A DNA stretch of 63,980 bases, counting the filler. It is 10 parts of 10 records of this genome, joined end to end, with 100 filler letters (N's around TTAATTAATTAA, not from the genome) between each part and the next. Parts side by side here need not be neighbours in the genome. Positions count along the whole stretch, not along the records: positions 58,857 to 63,980 come from SRR31147125_63212; 9 more parts are not named here. One strand, 5' to 3'. A model generated the notes under the pieces. It did not search any database and was not told where the DNA came from. It saw nothing but the letters and a program-made list of their open reading frames with translations. Positions 63,487 to 63,980 of the stretch are shown here, one piece after another (the first letter of the stretch is position 1; each line of letters begins with the position of its first letter). Position numbers and translations under genes: made by a program.

Positions 63487-63967
63487 GATCGACCACTCCT
63501 CTCAGGTTTTCCCTGATATTCATGACCTTCGGATAAAATGCGCGTTTCAGCACGCAAATCGCCTCTTCGGGTCTGGCTTCACCGCACATGAAAATATCAA
63601 ACGCGGCGAAATCACGTTCAGGCCAGGTGTGAACACTGATATGGGATTCGGCCAGGACGGCTACACCGGATATACCGCCGTTGGGCGTGAAATGGTGCAA
63701 ATGGATGTGCAGCAGCGTCGCATTGCAGCGGTCCACGCTTTCGCGCAGCGCGTTCTCAACTATTTGTATATTATCGAGGTTTTTGGCACCCCACAGGTCC
63801 AAAATGAGGTGTGTTCCGGCAAAAACAGTCCCATCCCGTTGGACGAAGTGGTCTGCCAAAACGCCGGCCGGGGATGTATCATCGTGATGATTTGGCCAAT
63901 CAGTATTACTGGTTGCAAGCGCAATGGCAGGCGACACCGCGTGTGTGGCAATAGCTTCCCTTTTCAT
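63470..63967 (-). CDS. speD: S-adenosylmethionine decarboxylase proenzyme
   Basis: GTHLILD, GISGVAVLAE|SHISVHTWPE, DIFMCG. Confidence 0.95.
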   Translation of the reverse strand: MKREAIATHAVSPAIALATSNTDWPNHHDDTSPAGVLADHFVQRDGTVFAGTHLILDLWGAKNLDNIQIVENALRESVDRCNATLLHIHLHHFTPNGGISGVAVLAESHISVHTWPERDFAAFDIFMCGEARPEEAICVLKRAFYPKVMNIRENLRGVVDHAQIQ

Positions 63968-63980
63968 TCATCGGGCCCCC

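Noticed and set aside
1-63980. CRISPR arrays, tRNA or rRNA genes
   Set aside because: No regularly spaced repeats or recognisable structural RNA genes seen by eye; a covariance-model scan would be needed to exclude them

Overview
This window is not one continuous locus. It is ten unrelated 5-8 kb contigs joined by identical 100-nt artificial spacers (44 N + TTAATTAATTAA + 44 N), most likely from a metagenome of an anoxic community. Contents: (1) 1-6344, glycan degradation: GH5, a secreted RraA-like protein and two (alpha/alpha)6-like enzymes. (2) 6445-14143, an AT-rich filamentous-phage (inovirus-like) prophage end next to a host sigma54 activator. (3) 14244-20688, Bacteroidota-like fucan locus (GH168-like, GH95). 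(4) 20789-26880, kinase, GS-like ligase, GSIII and PorE/OmpA. (5) 26981-33687, URO-D-like protein, SSS symporter, DUF4091-like protein, Gfo/Idh/MocA. (6) 33788-40301, Desulfobacterota-like accessory genes with an attC-bounded S41 peptidase cassette and IS200-like and group II intron remnants. (7) 40402-45743, TamA, ricin lectin and an SGNH-like multidomain protein. (8) 45844-51880, Firmicutes-like ferritin, EAL protein, flavodoxin, DUF3795, DUF2971. (9) 51981-58756, Bacteroidota PUL (GH29, two beta-propeller GHs, GH130, GH31). (10) 58857-63980, DUF58-MoxR and speD-speE-ornithine decarboxylase. The best candidate for a new system is contig 2. It has a Zot/pI ATPase, a secretin, pVI- and pIII-like genes, a TraX acetylase and a 28-bp dif-like site, and two putative virion or secreted proteins start with dockerin-type Ca2+ loops. 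That suggests a XerCD-integrated inovirus, possibly of a PVC/Planctomycetota host. Many genes are split by single-base indels in homopolymers, most likely sequencing errors. All family and taxon calls come from reading motifs by eye; no database search was run.
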